The notes under the pieces are model-generated. The model did not search any database. It saw nothing but the letters and a program-made list of their open reading frames with translations, and had not been told where the DNA came from. Of a DNA stretch of 64,000 bases, positions 23,501 to 34,140 are shown piece by piece; the stretch's first letter is position 1; each line of letters starts with the position of its first letter. This DNA is from Antechinus flavipes. Taxonomy: Eukaryota. The stretch covers positions 480,004,001-480,068,000 of the forward strand of contig NC_067400.1 in the NCBI RefSeq assembly GCF_016432865.1, in the 5' to 3' direction. Made by a program: the position numbers and the translations under genes.

Positions 23501-26500
23501 TAGAATTACCCAGATAATCCTGAACTAAGATGGTTGCTGTGTGACTAGGGAAAAGAGAACTGGATGAAAGAAATGTTGGGGTGGTATAAATCTGGTAACT
23601 AATCGGATATATTGGATGAAAGAGAATTAAGGACAATATCAAGGTTTCAAATTTGGAAATGGTGATGCCCTTGATAGAAATGAGGAAATTGCATGGAAAA
23701 ATAAGGAGTTCTACTTTGGAATGCTGAGTTTACGATGTCTCTGGGATATACAGTTTGAAATAACCAATAGACAGTTGGTGATGTGAGACTAAAGTTCTGG
23801 AGGACTAATCCTGGATAAATAGTTCTTGGGTTGAGGCAATTGAGGTTAAGTGACCTGCCTAGAGTCACACAGCTAGGAAGTGTTAAGTGTCTGAATCCAG
23901 ATTTGAATTCAGGTCCTTCTGACTCTAGGGCTGGTGCTCTATCCACTGTGTCATTTAGCTGCTCCTGGATATGTAATTCTGAGAGTCATCTGTATAGAGA
24001 TGATAATTAAACCTGCAGGAGTTGATGAAATCCCCAAGATTTTGGGAGATTGTAGAGAGAGAAGAAAATGAACAGTGCCTGCAGTTTGAGAAGGGGAAGA
24101 AGATTTACACTATTTTCCCCTGCTAGCCAAGGGTCAATTGCTCTATCTCACCTCTTTCTTACCTGTGGAAACAGCTCTGAGGCATTAACTCTGCTTAACA
24201 TCGCCAAGACAAAAGCAGCTGTTTTGCCTGTTCCAGACTGGCTCTGTGCTATAAGGTTCTGGGGTCTACAGGATAATAGGAAAACATTAAACTTGAAGCC
24301 AGTCTAAGAAATGAAATAAGACAAGATTTTTACTACAGCCCTTGGGACTTACGGATGTGCCAGCATCATGGGGAGAGCCATCTCCTGGATTTTTGATGGT
24401 CTGTTGAATCCCATTGCATAAATTCCTTTCAGTAACTCTTCCTTTCTATTAAAAATAAATCAAAGACTTACAGGTCTGTGGCTAATTTATGCTAATGAAT
24501 TGTAGGCATTCCCTACATTGGAATATAGGAAATCTACCTATTCCTTCTCATTCTGTGTGATTTCTATTCCTATTCTCTCACAAATCCCTCATGGAGGATC
24601 TGCCCAACATTCTTGAAATCTTCTGAATGGTGAGGAGGGAAGCACATGGCCTGCTCCCCTGTTATTCCTTACTCTGACTTACATGGCCATTTAAGACTTT
24701 AGAAAGACGTGAACAATAATTAAATGTTGCCAAGTTATTTTTAATGGACTTAACTTATGGACTGTGACTTATCTTTTAAAAATTATTTAACTTTCTTGAT
24801 GATACAAGTATACACAAACATAGCTCAATGCAGAGGACCAGAATACTTGCACTTTCTCAATTACTTGAATATATTCACTTGGATTACCAAAAATCAATTT
24901 TGAATCTGAGAAAGGCTTCCTTGCCAACAATTCAGCAGACCCCACAAGGATATGAAAACTCATTTTATTTACTCATTTGAAGTTAGTCAAGACAAACAAG
25001 TTGGGAAGATCAACATAATTCCATCTGTTCCAGGATCTTATTCCAAAATTCAACAGAAATGATTTCTGAATGATCAATGCTACAATCTCCTTCCATAATT
25101 GAAATTCTATCTCAGCAATAACCACTATTGACATAGGACTGTAAGAGTTACAGAACATTTTACATACTTATCCATTTGCTTTTCTGAACAGACTGGGGAG
25201 GAAGCTTTTTTCCCCTTCTGACTGGACTTGTGATTTCATTGGTGTGGTGAACTCCCTGTGTGGAAACTCTCTGTACCAATACAGATCAGCATTCCACCTA
25301 TATATGTGGCTTATAGCTTTAGAAAGTTCCCTGGGACACTAACCAGTTAAGTGACTCGCCCATGGTCACACAGTTCGTATGTGTCAGAGGCAGGACTTAA
25401 CCCTAGATCTTCCTGACTCCTCAGCTGGCCCTCTATCCACTATGCCGGAGTAATTAATGAGACAGTAACTTATGTGTATTATCTTTATATTATAGATGGA
25501 GAAACTAATGATTAGAGAGTGACTTATCCATGGATATACACTGAATAAGCATCAGAGGCAGGATTCAAACTCGGGTTTTCTCTTGATTCTAGGTCTAGCC
25601 TTCTTTCCAGCACATCACATAATCTTAAGAGCAAAGCAAGATACAAGATTTTCTCCCCATCAACTGCTATTAAAAACAGATTTAGAAACAATATTTTTAA
25701 ATGTTTCTAATTTAGTTGTATCTTAACTATTTTGAACTATGTATTTTGATACATATCTCATTTCAACATTGAAAAAAATGTCAGAAAGCAAAGAATTCCT
25801 TTCTTGATGCCCTTCCCCTTCACACTACTGACACAATATTTCCTGAGCTATTATTTGGGGCATTTTCCAAAGCTGACCCAGTAATAAAATACTCACAGTC
25901 GCAACTCTTCAAATGTCTTTACTGAATAGAGGGGAGAGCTAGGATCCTTCTGTAAGACTTCCACACGGTGAGTGGACTCTACTAAGGACTGCCGGATTAG
26001 TTTGTTCAAGAGTGAGTTGGCAGCCAAATCCACTGGGGGAAACAAAATAAAAATGGGACACTGTGGTAATAATAGTATACCTGGTGAACTATTTACACAG
26101 AGTGCATCCATATTGAGAATTTACATTTTGATGCATCTGTGGTCATGTTTTCTTAATTAAAATTGGAAAAGACTGGAAAGGATGATACTGAATTAGGAGG
26201 CTGCTGTCTTCCTTCTTTTGTGTTACTTATACCTGATCCCCACCATAAGCAAACCCACATCCACCTGAGACTCAGTTCTTTTTTCCTTCATCCCTTAATG
26301 AATAATCCTTAAACCTATTTTTGCTTATCTCACTGTTACTCTATTCTTCCCCCAAACAGACTTGGGCCACTCCTGTTTCTTTTTTCCCTACTCTTTTCTT
26401 TTTCTCTTCCTAAATACTTCTCATTCAAAAAGGAATTTTTAAATGGAGATTAACCTCACACAAAAGCTGTGAAGAATAAGCTAAATAGACTAAAATCAAA

Positions 26501-29500
26501 ATGCCAAATACATATATGCAAATAAACATTTTACCCATATCCTCTTCTTCATCATCTTCAGAAATATTAATGGAAGCACCTGAAAGGAAAAAATATTCCC
26601 CCCACCCCCCCAAAAAAGGGAAGGTAAGATATATAAATGTTGGGAAGGGATATACTCTAGCCTCTTCCCCTCTATTATGTGTTCTATAAGCCAATTAATG
26701 CACTGCTTTCATGTCACCCTCCTACTAAAGAATCTGCAATCTCTCCCCATTACTGACAGATTAAAATTTAAATTCTTTAGTTCATCACTTTACATTTGGG
26801 CTTGACAAGGTTGTATATACCTGTAATCCCTGTTACTTGGGGAAGAGGAGGCTGGTGGATTGCTTGAGTTTGGGAGTTCTGAGCTGCAAGAGGGCTAAAG
26901 TTGATCAGGAGTCCACACTAAGTCCAACACCAATATATTGGGCCCCTGGGAGCACCAGGCTGTTTAAGGAAAGGTGAACTGATCCAGATCAGAAAAAGAG
27001 AGGTTAAAACTTCTGTGCCAAGCAGTTTGGGGATTGGGCATGTGAGTGGCTGTTGCACATTCCAGCCTAGGTGAGATGGGGAGATACAATCTCGAAACAA
27101 AACAGAAGCAAAACACCTACATTAATTTGGCCTTACTCTCCCTTTTTACTTTCTATTGCTATCCTCTGTGAATTGTGTACTCCAATTATATTGATTTATT
27201 CAATATCCTCTGAACATGCTAAGAACATTCCTTTTTCTGTATCTTTGCTGGAAGCATTTTCCTGCTTTTTCTCTGCTTATCCAAATTCTACACCATTCAA
27301 ATCTAATCCCTTCTATGAAATCACATCTGATTACCATATTTTCTTTTTTGTTCTTATGGCATTTACTACTTGTGGCTTACATTTAGCATTTATCACAACT
27401 GTCTTATAACATGCTGCATTGTTATTATTACTATTTAATTTCTCACAGGAACATTCCTTTTGTTCATTTGGACATTATACATAAAGAATACTCAAATTTT
27501 TGTTGAATTAATAACTTGCACTTATATAATGCTTTAAGGGATATAAAGCACTTTGTATACATCAATCCTGTGAGTTTTGTAAGTAATATTCCTGGTTTAC
27601 ATGTAACATAAGGAATGTCTATATCCCACCTAATAAGCCATTATATCCAACTCTCTCCAGAGTTACCAATGATTTCTTAATTGACAAATCTAATGGCTCT
27701 TTTCCAGTCTCCATCAATTTAGCTGTCTCTGTTGCCTTTGATATGGTAGCTTCTTCATACTTTCTCTTATCTAGGTTTTTATGATACTATTTTCTCTTAG
27801 TTTTTCTTCTATCTGGCTGATGACTTTTCTTCAGTTATCTGTGCTCAATTTTCAAATGCGTTATGCCCACTAACTGAGTATTCCCCAAAGTTCTATACTT
27901 ATTCTCTTATGATTCTATACTATCTGACATGGTAATCCCATGAGTATCCTTCAATTCATCATTCATCTTTCTGCAGAGGAATTCCATCTCAACATATACA
28001 GAATTATTTTTTTATAGCTCCTTATCACAAATTGCCTTTAGGACATCTACAACTGAATGCTTCTTAGCCACTTCAAATGCAACATGTTCAGAATAGAACT
28101 CACTCTCTTTCCCCCCAAATCCTCCCTTCTTTTCTGAACTTTTCTATCACTGTACAGGACACCATGTACACAGCTAATAAGTTCTAGAGCCAGGATTCAA
28201 GTGAAACTTTCTAGTCAAAATCTAGTATTTTTTGTTTACCACATTGCATCTCATGAACGAATCCTATACTCACATAAAAACTCCAAACCAGAAAAGTTCA
28301 TTCATCTGTAAAATTTATATTTGCTAAAATTGCTTCCCTCATCTTTATCCCTTTCCTTTTTTCTAGAACTTGGGCAAATGTTTGCCTTAAGAACACAACA
28401 AAGTTCTCCAGAAACACCTTTCCCCACAAAAACCTATATAACATGAAATCAATTTATTTTGGTCTACTGTCTGATTTTGTAGGCCTTCCTACATTGTCAT
28501 GGATTAATCATTTAAGCAATAAAGTTTATTTCTTATTTTAGCAACAAGAGTTTATGCAACTAGGCATAATTTAAAGTTAACATTCATCTTCAAACATAGA
28601 GCCATCTCCAAAAATGTTTGCCTAAGCAGAGTAATTATCCAAGGCTCAAGTTTTCTTTTAGCTAGGATTGCTATTTTGTTTCCCCTTTCGGTTCACTGAC
28701 AATAATAGCAATTGTTCCTGAATGGAACTAAAGCTGTGACTACTTTGCTACAGAGAGGTAAACTGTGATCTTTTGTAGTGCCGCCCCGCCCCGCCACCCC
28801 CAGCCCCCAAATGCTTACAGCAGGTCTATTTCCTTGGGTACTTTCAAATAACTGCTATGCCGATATAGCAAAGAATGAGAGATATTTCTCCTCTTTCCCC
28901 AAAATGACTTAAGCTGAAGCTATTTAATTAACGTTTTGCTAACAAAATATATGATCAGCTTGAATATTTAATTCAATACTTAAAAGGATGCATTTTTTTT
29001 TTTGTCAAGGTGGATATTCCCTCCACTTGTAACTCCTCTGCACCTTACCAGACAGTTGTTTCTCTTGTTTCATGAAATACCTTGGCCAAAATATCCATCA
29101 CCCTGCTGCCAGCCTTCTAGTAACGAGCCTTTCTGAATTTAGCTATGCTGGTCCTCAGACAAATATCCTTCATTAGAGGCTTGTACTCCAATGGTGTAGT
29201 TTGAAAACGTAGCTACCTCCATGTGGGAATGAAGTACTAGAGTGGCATTATAGTCATTTGTGCTTGAATTCTCCCATGTAGCACTTTCAAAGTACTTTCA
29301 AAGGAGAATTTAATACATTATTTAATTTTAATTTATCTTCATTTAACTCAGATTAGATAATACATTTCAATTCTCTGGGAAAATACACAGGATAGGTGGC
29401 ATGAATGTGATTAAAAAGAAAAAAAAAACATTTGGTAGCTGTGCAAGTGGAAACAATAACTAGAAGAACTGTACTAATTCCATGAAAGAACAGTTTACTC

Positions 29501-31483
29501 CTAACTGGAGAGGAATCATGGTATGGTGGAGAGAGAACTGGCTTCCAAGCCAGTAAGATATGAGTTCAAGTTCCACCTCTGACACTTACTGGCTGTGTGA
29601 CCTTAGGCAAGTCACTTAACAGTTCAGTGTTCTAGGAAATTCTCTAAAACTATAAGTGGCAAAGAAGGTACCAACCTGCATTAGTAGAGAGAGCTTTCTC
29701 ACCATGGAGTTTCCTATATCAGTGAAATCACAATCACAGGTCCATTCCCCAGTCTATTTCTACATTTATTTACTATGTTTGCCTCTCAACTATAATATGA
29801 ATTTTTCCTATGGATGCACATATGTATGCCTTTATACATATTTAAAATATATAATTTATATGAAAATATATAAATTCCTTCATAAACATATATTTATATA
29901 TGAATGCAAGTACATCTATAATACAAATAGAAAAAAACATATATGTATATATAAATATACAAATTTTTCAAAAGTCTTAATGCAATTTAAAAATATTAAA
30001 GTTATATATATGTGGATATGCTGATACACACATATAACAGAAAAATATATAACAAAATATATAATAAAGCATATATATGACAATTATAAAAAGATATATT
30101 TTGTTATATAATAGAATAAAACCATATATATATTTACGCATATGTATATAAATACACAGACCTGTCTTATTTTTCTATTTGTTTTCTCAGTGCTTAGCCT
30201 TTTAGTAAATACTTTTTCATTCATTCATATTTTCTTTAGGAAATGTTAATTAATCCTACCTCTTTTGACTAATGTTTTACCCTTGTTCCCAATTTGGTCT
30301 GCATCATATCCATGTTCTTGCAGATACTTTGCTGCTTAGTTTTTTTTTCTTGTTTCATGTATATTGCCATTCTTTTTTTCCCTCTCAACAACAGCTTCGA
30401 TATCTTGGAGGACATAGACTAGAGTTTATGGACTAGAGCTATAAGGACATTAACTAGAGTTCCAGTGTCTTACAAGAAGGAAGTTCTCAAATGGTAAATG
30501 AAGGGACACACATCAAATAGCCAATACATTTGCCTACACTTATCACTAAACTTTATCCTAGCACCACTCACCTAGTCCAGGGACTGTGGTACTCTTAAGA
30601 CCCCGAAGACTCTTCCGGGGAATGAGATTTGATAACTATTGAAAAACATAAATTTCAAGCAGTCTCAACTAGGGAATGTCAGCTCAGTACTCAGGGCTGG
30701 AAGGGTTTGTACTTAAAAATCAACAAGGATGCAATGACCCTGATGCGGTCCTAATTTAATTAGAGTGGCCTGTGGTCATGGTTGTCCTAACAGGCGGAAT
30801 TTCTCTGCTGAACTAGATAGCTGTTCACATATTTTCTTCTAGTCATTATTCTTCTAGTCATTATTCCCAAACTGCAGGGGATCTTTCCCTTGGGGGGTAG
30901 GACAGATCATTGCAGGTAGCTGCTGCTCGTTGGTTTACAAGGTGGAACTAGGATGAGACCCGCAGATAAGTCGGGGCGATTCCAACGTGCACCTTTTTGC
31001 ACCCCTTTCCTACGGTCTGGGTTCTTAAGACAAGCAGCTTCTTTCCAGCAAGGGCTCCGGGTCATTCCTCACAGGGATAGCCAGACTCGGTCTCCCCTTC
31101 CCATTGTCTCCTCCCCAGATACTGTCCCAGGTCGGCTCCTTGGAACCGCTCTTCCTCACTCCCCCATCCCATTTTGCCTCCAGGAAGGTCTCCCTCACAC
31201 CCCAGGTGCTTTCTGTCGCCTCCGGGGCAGTCTTCCTCCCATCCCTCTCGCTTCCTCCTCCTCTTCCCGAACCCTTCCTTCTCCCTCCAGGGTTCTCCTA
31301 GTCCCCCTCCCCCAGCTCACACTATGCCCTCAAATCCCTAGGTGGTTATCCCTGCTCTAACATTCCCGCCCAACCTCAAGCCCCGCGTCTGCCCCAGCCT
31401 CAGGGGTGGGGGGCCGTTACGTGGCTACTGAGTCGCTCGCTCTCCGCTGCGCTGGCGTCGCCTCCCCAAAGTAACGACGCCAT
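4052..31483 (-). CDS. DDX25: DEAD-box RNA helicase DDX25 (GRTH), 12 coding exons, 1449 nt, 482 aa. Exons: 31421-31483, 30572-30635, 26535-26579, 25897-26032, 24353-24445, 24163-24265, 20869-20983, 20391-20568, 16279-16516, 7615-7777, 6873-7061, 4052-4113
   Basis: All 12 exons have GT-AG boundaries, consistent phases and join into an open frame from [21 protein letters not shown] to [10 protein letters not shown]. Helicase motifs are present: Q (GFNRPSKIQ), I ([10 protein letters not shown]), Ia (PTYELA), II (VLDEAD), III (SAT), V (ARGID), VI (HRIGRTGR). The N-terminus identifies DDX25 rather than DDX19. Confidence 0.97.
4814..4955 (+). mobile_element. Marsupial tRNA-derived SINE
   Basis: ggggcagctaggtggc...gacctgagttcaaat...tagctgtgtgatcctgg. 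Confidence 0.85.
5140..5480 (+). mobile_element. Old L1 ORF2 3' fragment
   Basis: [18 protein letters not shown]...IKIFVVALF homology. Confidence 0.75.
5490..5640 (-). mobile_element. Marsupial tRNA-derived SINE
   Basis: Reverse-complement SINE core following a T tail. Confidence 0.8.
6873..7061 (-). CDS. DDX25: DDX25 exon 11 (GIDVKQV...[13 protein letters not shown]...IQDHF), 189 nt
   Basis: Acceptor tctctctctag, donor GTAAGT; motif VI. Confidence 0.96.
7615..7777 (-). CDS. DDX25: DDX25 exon 10 ([12 protein letters not shown]...NVCAR), 163 nt
   Basis: Acceptor tttttcaacag; weak donor G|GTGTGG. Confidence 0.94.
7913..8070 (+). mobile_element. Marsupial tRNA-derived SINE (WSINE1/SINE1-like) with a 13-bp TSD
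   Basis: Pol III A/B-box-like head, core gtgtgaccctgggcaagtcacttaaccccaattgcc, A tail; TSD atatgctttactg at 7900-7912 and 8070-8082. Confidence 0.9.
8209..8250 (+). repeat. (CA)n microsatellite
   Basis: Near-perfect run. Confidence 0.9.
8250..9230 (+). mobile_element. Old L1 3' fragment interrupted by a (GA)n repeat
   Basis: Degenerate ORF2 C-terminal and 3'UTR motifs (aaagaactggaaacaaagtagatacccattgattaggga). Confidence 0.7.
8469..8522 (+). repeat. (GA)27 microsatellite
   Basis: Perfect dinucleotide run, read directly. Confidence 0.95.
9950..10480 (-). mobile_element. L1 3'UTR/ORF2-end fragment
   Basis: Similar to the 976-1500 L1 3' end (catcagttcatgtaagtc, taatggacatcc). Confidence 0.75.
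10770..11470 (-). pseudogene. CA7: Processed pseudogene of a cytosolic alpha-carbonic anhydrase, most like CA7
   Basis: Manual minus-strand translation across frameshifts and stops gives [33 protein letters not shown] (11203-11230), [17 protein letters not shown] (10999-11016), [14 protein letters not shown] (10903-10956) and EDEKVNNF. These are colinear and intronless relative to the recalled CA7 sequence. Confidence 0.85.
11908..13390 (+). repeat. About 145-bp dispersed direct repeat (11908-12052 and 13246-13390)
   Basis: Both copies read tttataaaaaagtctttgaaactg...catacctcagagactcctca, with scattered substitutions. Confidence 0.9.
13815..14690 (+). mobile_element. Two RTE-related marsupial SINE fragments (about 13815-14260 and 14515-14690)
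   Basis: Shared head ttgt..gtccttca..cttgaaa.ggacc and ctgtgcaa.gt...cactctcctc...ccatctg.gtccagtgg; a third copy lies antisense at about 44500-44640. Confidence 0.65.
15150..15600 (+). mobile_element. CR1/L3 LINE 3' fragment
   Basis: ttttagaaaggacattgataaa...aggattgatgtcaggaaaaatttcctaacc and gtgccttccaattttgatattctgt. Confidence 0.75.
16279..16516 (-). CDS. DDX25: DDX25 exon 9 ([14 protein letters not shown]...AIIFCQ), 238 nt
   Basis: Acceptor cttcttctcttacag, donor CAG|GTAACA; overlaps ORF 16249-16494. Confidence 0.96.
17300..19080 (+). mobile_element. Decayed L1 5' region/ORF1 remnant with a nested SINE at about 17956-18120
   Basis: A-rich sense strand with L1 ORF1-like motifs (aagaattgctggactacctgaaag, caagaaattatt, aaagaataatttacccaacaaagctgag). 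Confidence 0.65.
17956..18120 (+). mobile_element. Marsupial tRNA-derived SINE nested in L1
   Basis: ggggccagctagttggtgtagtggatagagcacc...aattgcctcagcaaaaaa. Confidence 0.88.
19884..19908 (+). repeat. G25 homopolymer
   Basis: 25 consecutive G followed by further G tracts to 19922. Confidence 0.95.
20391..20568 (-). CDS. DDX25: DDX25 exon 8 ([10 protein letters not shown]...VLDEADVM...IRIQR), 178 nt, DEAD box
   Basis: Acceptor tttcccctctag, donor AG|GTAATC. Confidence 0.96.
20869..20983 (-). CDS. DDX25: DDX25 exon 7 ([16 protein letters not shown]...AVRGNR), 115 nt
   Basis: Acceptor tttcactttaaag, donor G|GTATGT; motif Ia. Confidence 0.95.
21820..23700. mobile_element. L2/MIR relic cluster in DDX25 intron 6
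   Basis: L2-like purine-rich tracts (gctgagtttacgatgtct, ggagatacc) with an embedded MIR/MAR1-type element at about 22970-23215. Confidence 0.55.
23828..23965 (-). mobile_element. Marsupial tRNA-derived SINE
   Basis: gaggcaattgaggttaagtgac...ctctatccactg. Confidence 0.85.
24163..24265 (-). CDS. DDX25: DDX25 exon 6 ([15 protein letters not shown]...ELFPQ), 103 nt, Walker A
   Basis: Acceptor cctgtag, donor CAG|GTAAGA. Confidence 0.96.
24353..24445 (-). CDS. DDX25: DDX25 exon 5 ([31 protein letters not shown]), 93 nt, Q motif
   Basis: AG/GTAAGT boundaries; Q-motif translation. Confidence 0.96.
25897..26032 (-). CDS. DDX25: DDX25 exon 4 ([12 protein letters not shown]...KTFEELRL), 136 nt
   Basis: Acceptor ttcccccag, donor GTGAGT; contained in ORF 25893-26111. 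Confidence 0.96.
26535..26579 (-). CDS. DDX25: DDX25 exon 3 ([15 protein letters not shown]), 45 nt
   Basis: Acceptor tttcctttcag, donor G|GTAAAA; acidic tract as in the recalled ortholog. Confidence 0.92.
26799..27114 (+). pseudogene. 7SL (SRP) RNA-derived retrocopy, decayed
   Basis: Colinear similarity to 7SL over about 295 nt (cctgtaatcc, gaggctggtggattgcttgag, cactaagt, caatat, ggtgaac, aaaact, tccagcct) with CpG decay and an A-rich tail. Confidence 0.85.
29800..30150. repeat. TA-rich low-complexity tract
   Basis: Degenerate (TATA/CATA)n; explains the spurious ORF 29656-30024. Confidence 0.8.
30572..30635 (-). CDS. DDX25: DDX25 exon 2 ([21 protein letters not shown]), 64 nt
   Basis: Acceptor tttttcaatag, donor G|GTGAGT; similar to recalled human FSNLSQPRKNLWGIKST; phase fits exons 1 and 3. 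Not in the ORF track. Confidence 0.9.
31421..31483 (-). CDS. DDX25: DDX25 exon 1 coding part ([21 protein letters not shown])
   Basis: ATG at 31483 in context GCTATGG; donor CAC|GTAACG; lies in a CpG-rich region. Confidence 0.96.
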
Positions 31484-31660
31484 AGCTCCCGCCGCTTGCC
31501 GCTGCTCCCGCTGCGGCTCCTGCCCCCCAGCACGTGCTTCCAACACTGGCACGAGGACGTGCCCCGCCCCCGCGCCTAGACCAATGAGCTGGCTGAAGGG
31601 ATAGACGCCTGAGAAAGTTCACTAGGATGCATGCGCGACGCCACACGTGGATTGGGAGGA
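31484..31660 (-). promoter_or_regulatory. DDX25: DDX25 CpG-rich promoter and 5'UTR
   Basis: CpG-dense; E-boxes CACGTG at 31531 and 31644; GC box GCCCCGCCCC at 31561; CCAAT boxes at 31581 (plus) and 31651 (minus); NRF1-like TGCATGCGCG at 31628. Confidence 0.75.
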
Positions 31661-32224
31661 TTCACCTGTGTCTCTTGGTCGTCTCCTACGCTTTTAGAGT
31701 TGGACCTTGGATTGTAGGTAGACCAGACACTCTTCACCCGCGACCTTGAATTTGTCTTTTTTTTTTTTTTTTAATAATGACCTTTCCTTTGGAATCTTAT
31801 GTATTTTCTTTTATGGATTTTCAAAACATGATTCTGAGAAGTCCATAGTCTCATCAGATTGCCTAAGGGATCCACGACATAAAAAAAGATTAAGAAAACC
31901 TGATGTAGTCCGATTTCTTCATGTTTATGTAAAAATAAAAGTCTCAGAGGTATTGGTAACAAGATTGGGCACTAAGCGTTACAGGTTGAGGAGTGTGATA
32001 GATTTTGCTCTAAAGAAAACTTTCTCCAAAGCCAAACCTAGAACCAGATGATGACCTTGATCTGTGACTAAATGGGTTATTAGGACCCACACATACACTT
32101 CAGACTGCCAGTAGCTAAATTTCTGCATAAAATGCAAAACAGCCAGTAAGGAACTTAGAGAAAAAAGAGTGATAAAGTTTGCTCTGTAAAAAAGGAGGAT
32201 GGAATTTAAAAGGATCAAGGTGAT

Positions 32225-32860
32225 CAAAAGTTGGTTGCACATTTTGGAGAGCAATTTGGAATTATGACCAAAGAACTATAAAACTGTGCATCCCTTTTGA
32301 CCCAGCAATACTTCTTCTAGGTCTGTATCCCAAAAAGAGCATAAAAAAGGAAAAAGGACCCATATTATAGGACCTCTTTTTGTGGTGGCAAAGAATTGGT
32401 AGTTGTGGGGATGTCCATCAATTGGGGAATGGCTGAACAGCTAATGGAATACTATTGTTCTATAAGAAATGATAAGCAAATAAATTTCAGAAAAACCAGG
32501 AGAGACTTATATGAACTGATATTGAGTGAAATGAGCAGAACTAAGAGAACACTACACAGCAACAAACAATACAATGATGAAAAAGAGCTAGAGAAAGAAT
32601 AATGGAGTCTGAATGCAGATTAAAGTATACTATTTTCACTTTTGGGGTTATTTTTTCTTTCTTGTGTTTGTTCTTTTGTTCTGATTCTTCTTTCACAACA
32701 TGGCTAATATGGAAATACATTCAAGATAATTGTACATACATGTATAAGCTATATCAGATTGCTGTCTTGGGGAGGGATAAGAGGAAGATGGGAGAAAAAA
32801 ACCAAAATTTTACAAAAGTAAATGTCAAAAACTAATACATTTTTTAAAAGTAAAAAAAAA
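32225..32860 (+). mobile_element. L1 3' fragment between the DDX25 and PUS3 promoters
   Basis: ttttggagagcaatttggaattatg; LMEYYCSIRNDKQ...LYELILSEMSRTKR. Confidence 0.85.
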
Positions 32861-33027
32861 AATAGAAGACAACTACAAAAATTTTAAAAAAGAAGCTGGT
32901 TGAAGAGGGAAATGCAATTTTTAAAAACAGCACATAAACATAATTTTTTAACTTCCAAATTCTTTTCTTCTTACTACTTTCCTCACTGAAGGAAAAAACA
33001 AGAAAAACAAGACCTATTACATTTGCA

Positions 33028-33035
33028 TATATATA

Positions 33036-33082
<47 letters not shown>
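33028..33082 (+). repeat. Compound (TA)n(TG)n(TA)n microsatellite
   Basis: Read directly. Confidence 0.9.
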
Positions 33083-33083
<1 letters not shown>

Positions 33084-33089
33084 ATGTTA

Positions 33090-34140
33090 CAAAATGAATT
33101 TTTGCATTAGCTATATTTTTAAAAAGCAGAAAAAATATTGTTTGCATTTCCATCAGTTCTATCCATCCATCTATCTACCTAGAGGTGTATAACATGTTTC
33201 ATTACAAATCTTTTGGATCTATGGTAGATCAATGTTGATTATATTAGGAAGCCTTTCAAAGTTGATTATCATTACAACATTGCTGTTACTATTTACATGA
33301 TTTTGGTTCTGCTCATTTCACTTTGCATAAGTTCTTCACAGGCTTTTCTGAAACTCTTTTATCATTTCTTACAGCATAGTATTCTATCACATTTGAATAC
33401 CATAATATGTTCAGCCATGGATAGTTTCTCAGTTTCCACTTCTTTGTCATCACAAAAATAGATATTTTTGTACATATAGGGTCTGTTTTTCTTTGGCATA
33501 TAACCTTAGTAGCAGTATTTCTGGGTTCAAATGTTTAATAGCCTTTTGTGAATTCAAAATTTATTTCCAGAATAGTTGGACTAGTAAACAACTCCACTAA
33601 GAATGTATTAACATACCTGTTTTTTCAGTTTCCCTCCAACATTTTTCATTTTTCTTGTTTTTTATCTTAACCAATTTGTTTAATTCACACTTCTTATTCT
33701 TTCATGTAACTATTGATATTTTTTTCTTTTGAAAACGATTTATATCCTTTGATCATTTGTCAATGGGAGAATGACTTATTCTTGCAAATTTAAATGTTCC
33801 CTATATATTTTAGAAATGAGATTTTTTAGCAGAGAAACTTGCGACAGTCCCCCACCCCTATCCCCCACCTTGTTTCCGGCTTTTATTCTAAATTAGCTGC
33901 ATTGGTTTTGTGTAATTTTTTTTTCATTTATGTACTCAAAATTATGCATTTTACTTCTCGTAAACCTATCTCTTGTTTGATTGACATATATGTCAACATG
34001 ACACATATGGCCTGTCAATATGAGAGATAATTTCTTCTCTGATCCATTCTTTTTATATTTTTTATGTCAAGATTTGAGCTTATCTTAGTAGATGCTGTGA
34101 GATATTGTCCTATGCCTAGTTTCTGCTAGATTATTTTCAG
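33090..34140 (-). mobile_element. Old L1 3' fragment, antisense
   Basis: Similar to the minus-strand L1 ends elsewhere in the window (atcatttgtcaatgggagaatg, gaaatgagatttt). Confidence 0.7.

Noticed and set aside
29049-29283. Possible cassette exon or FN3-like peptide ([11 protein letters not shown]) in DDX25 intron 2 with donor GTAAGG
   Set aside because: The acceptor is poor, stops occur in all frames, and I could not assign any homology.
30834-30866. 15-bp tandem duplication ttcttctagtcatta
   Set aside because: It is a real but ordinary slippage event in DDX25 intron 1.
30953-31646. ORFs of 135, 65 and 73 aa around DDX25 exon 1
   Set aside because: These are GC-rich, low-complexity open frames in a promoter and first intron, with no homology. 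The true exon 1 is in a different frame.
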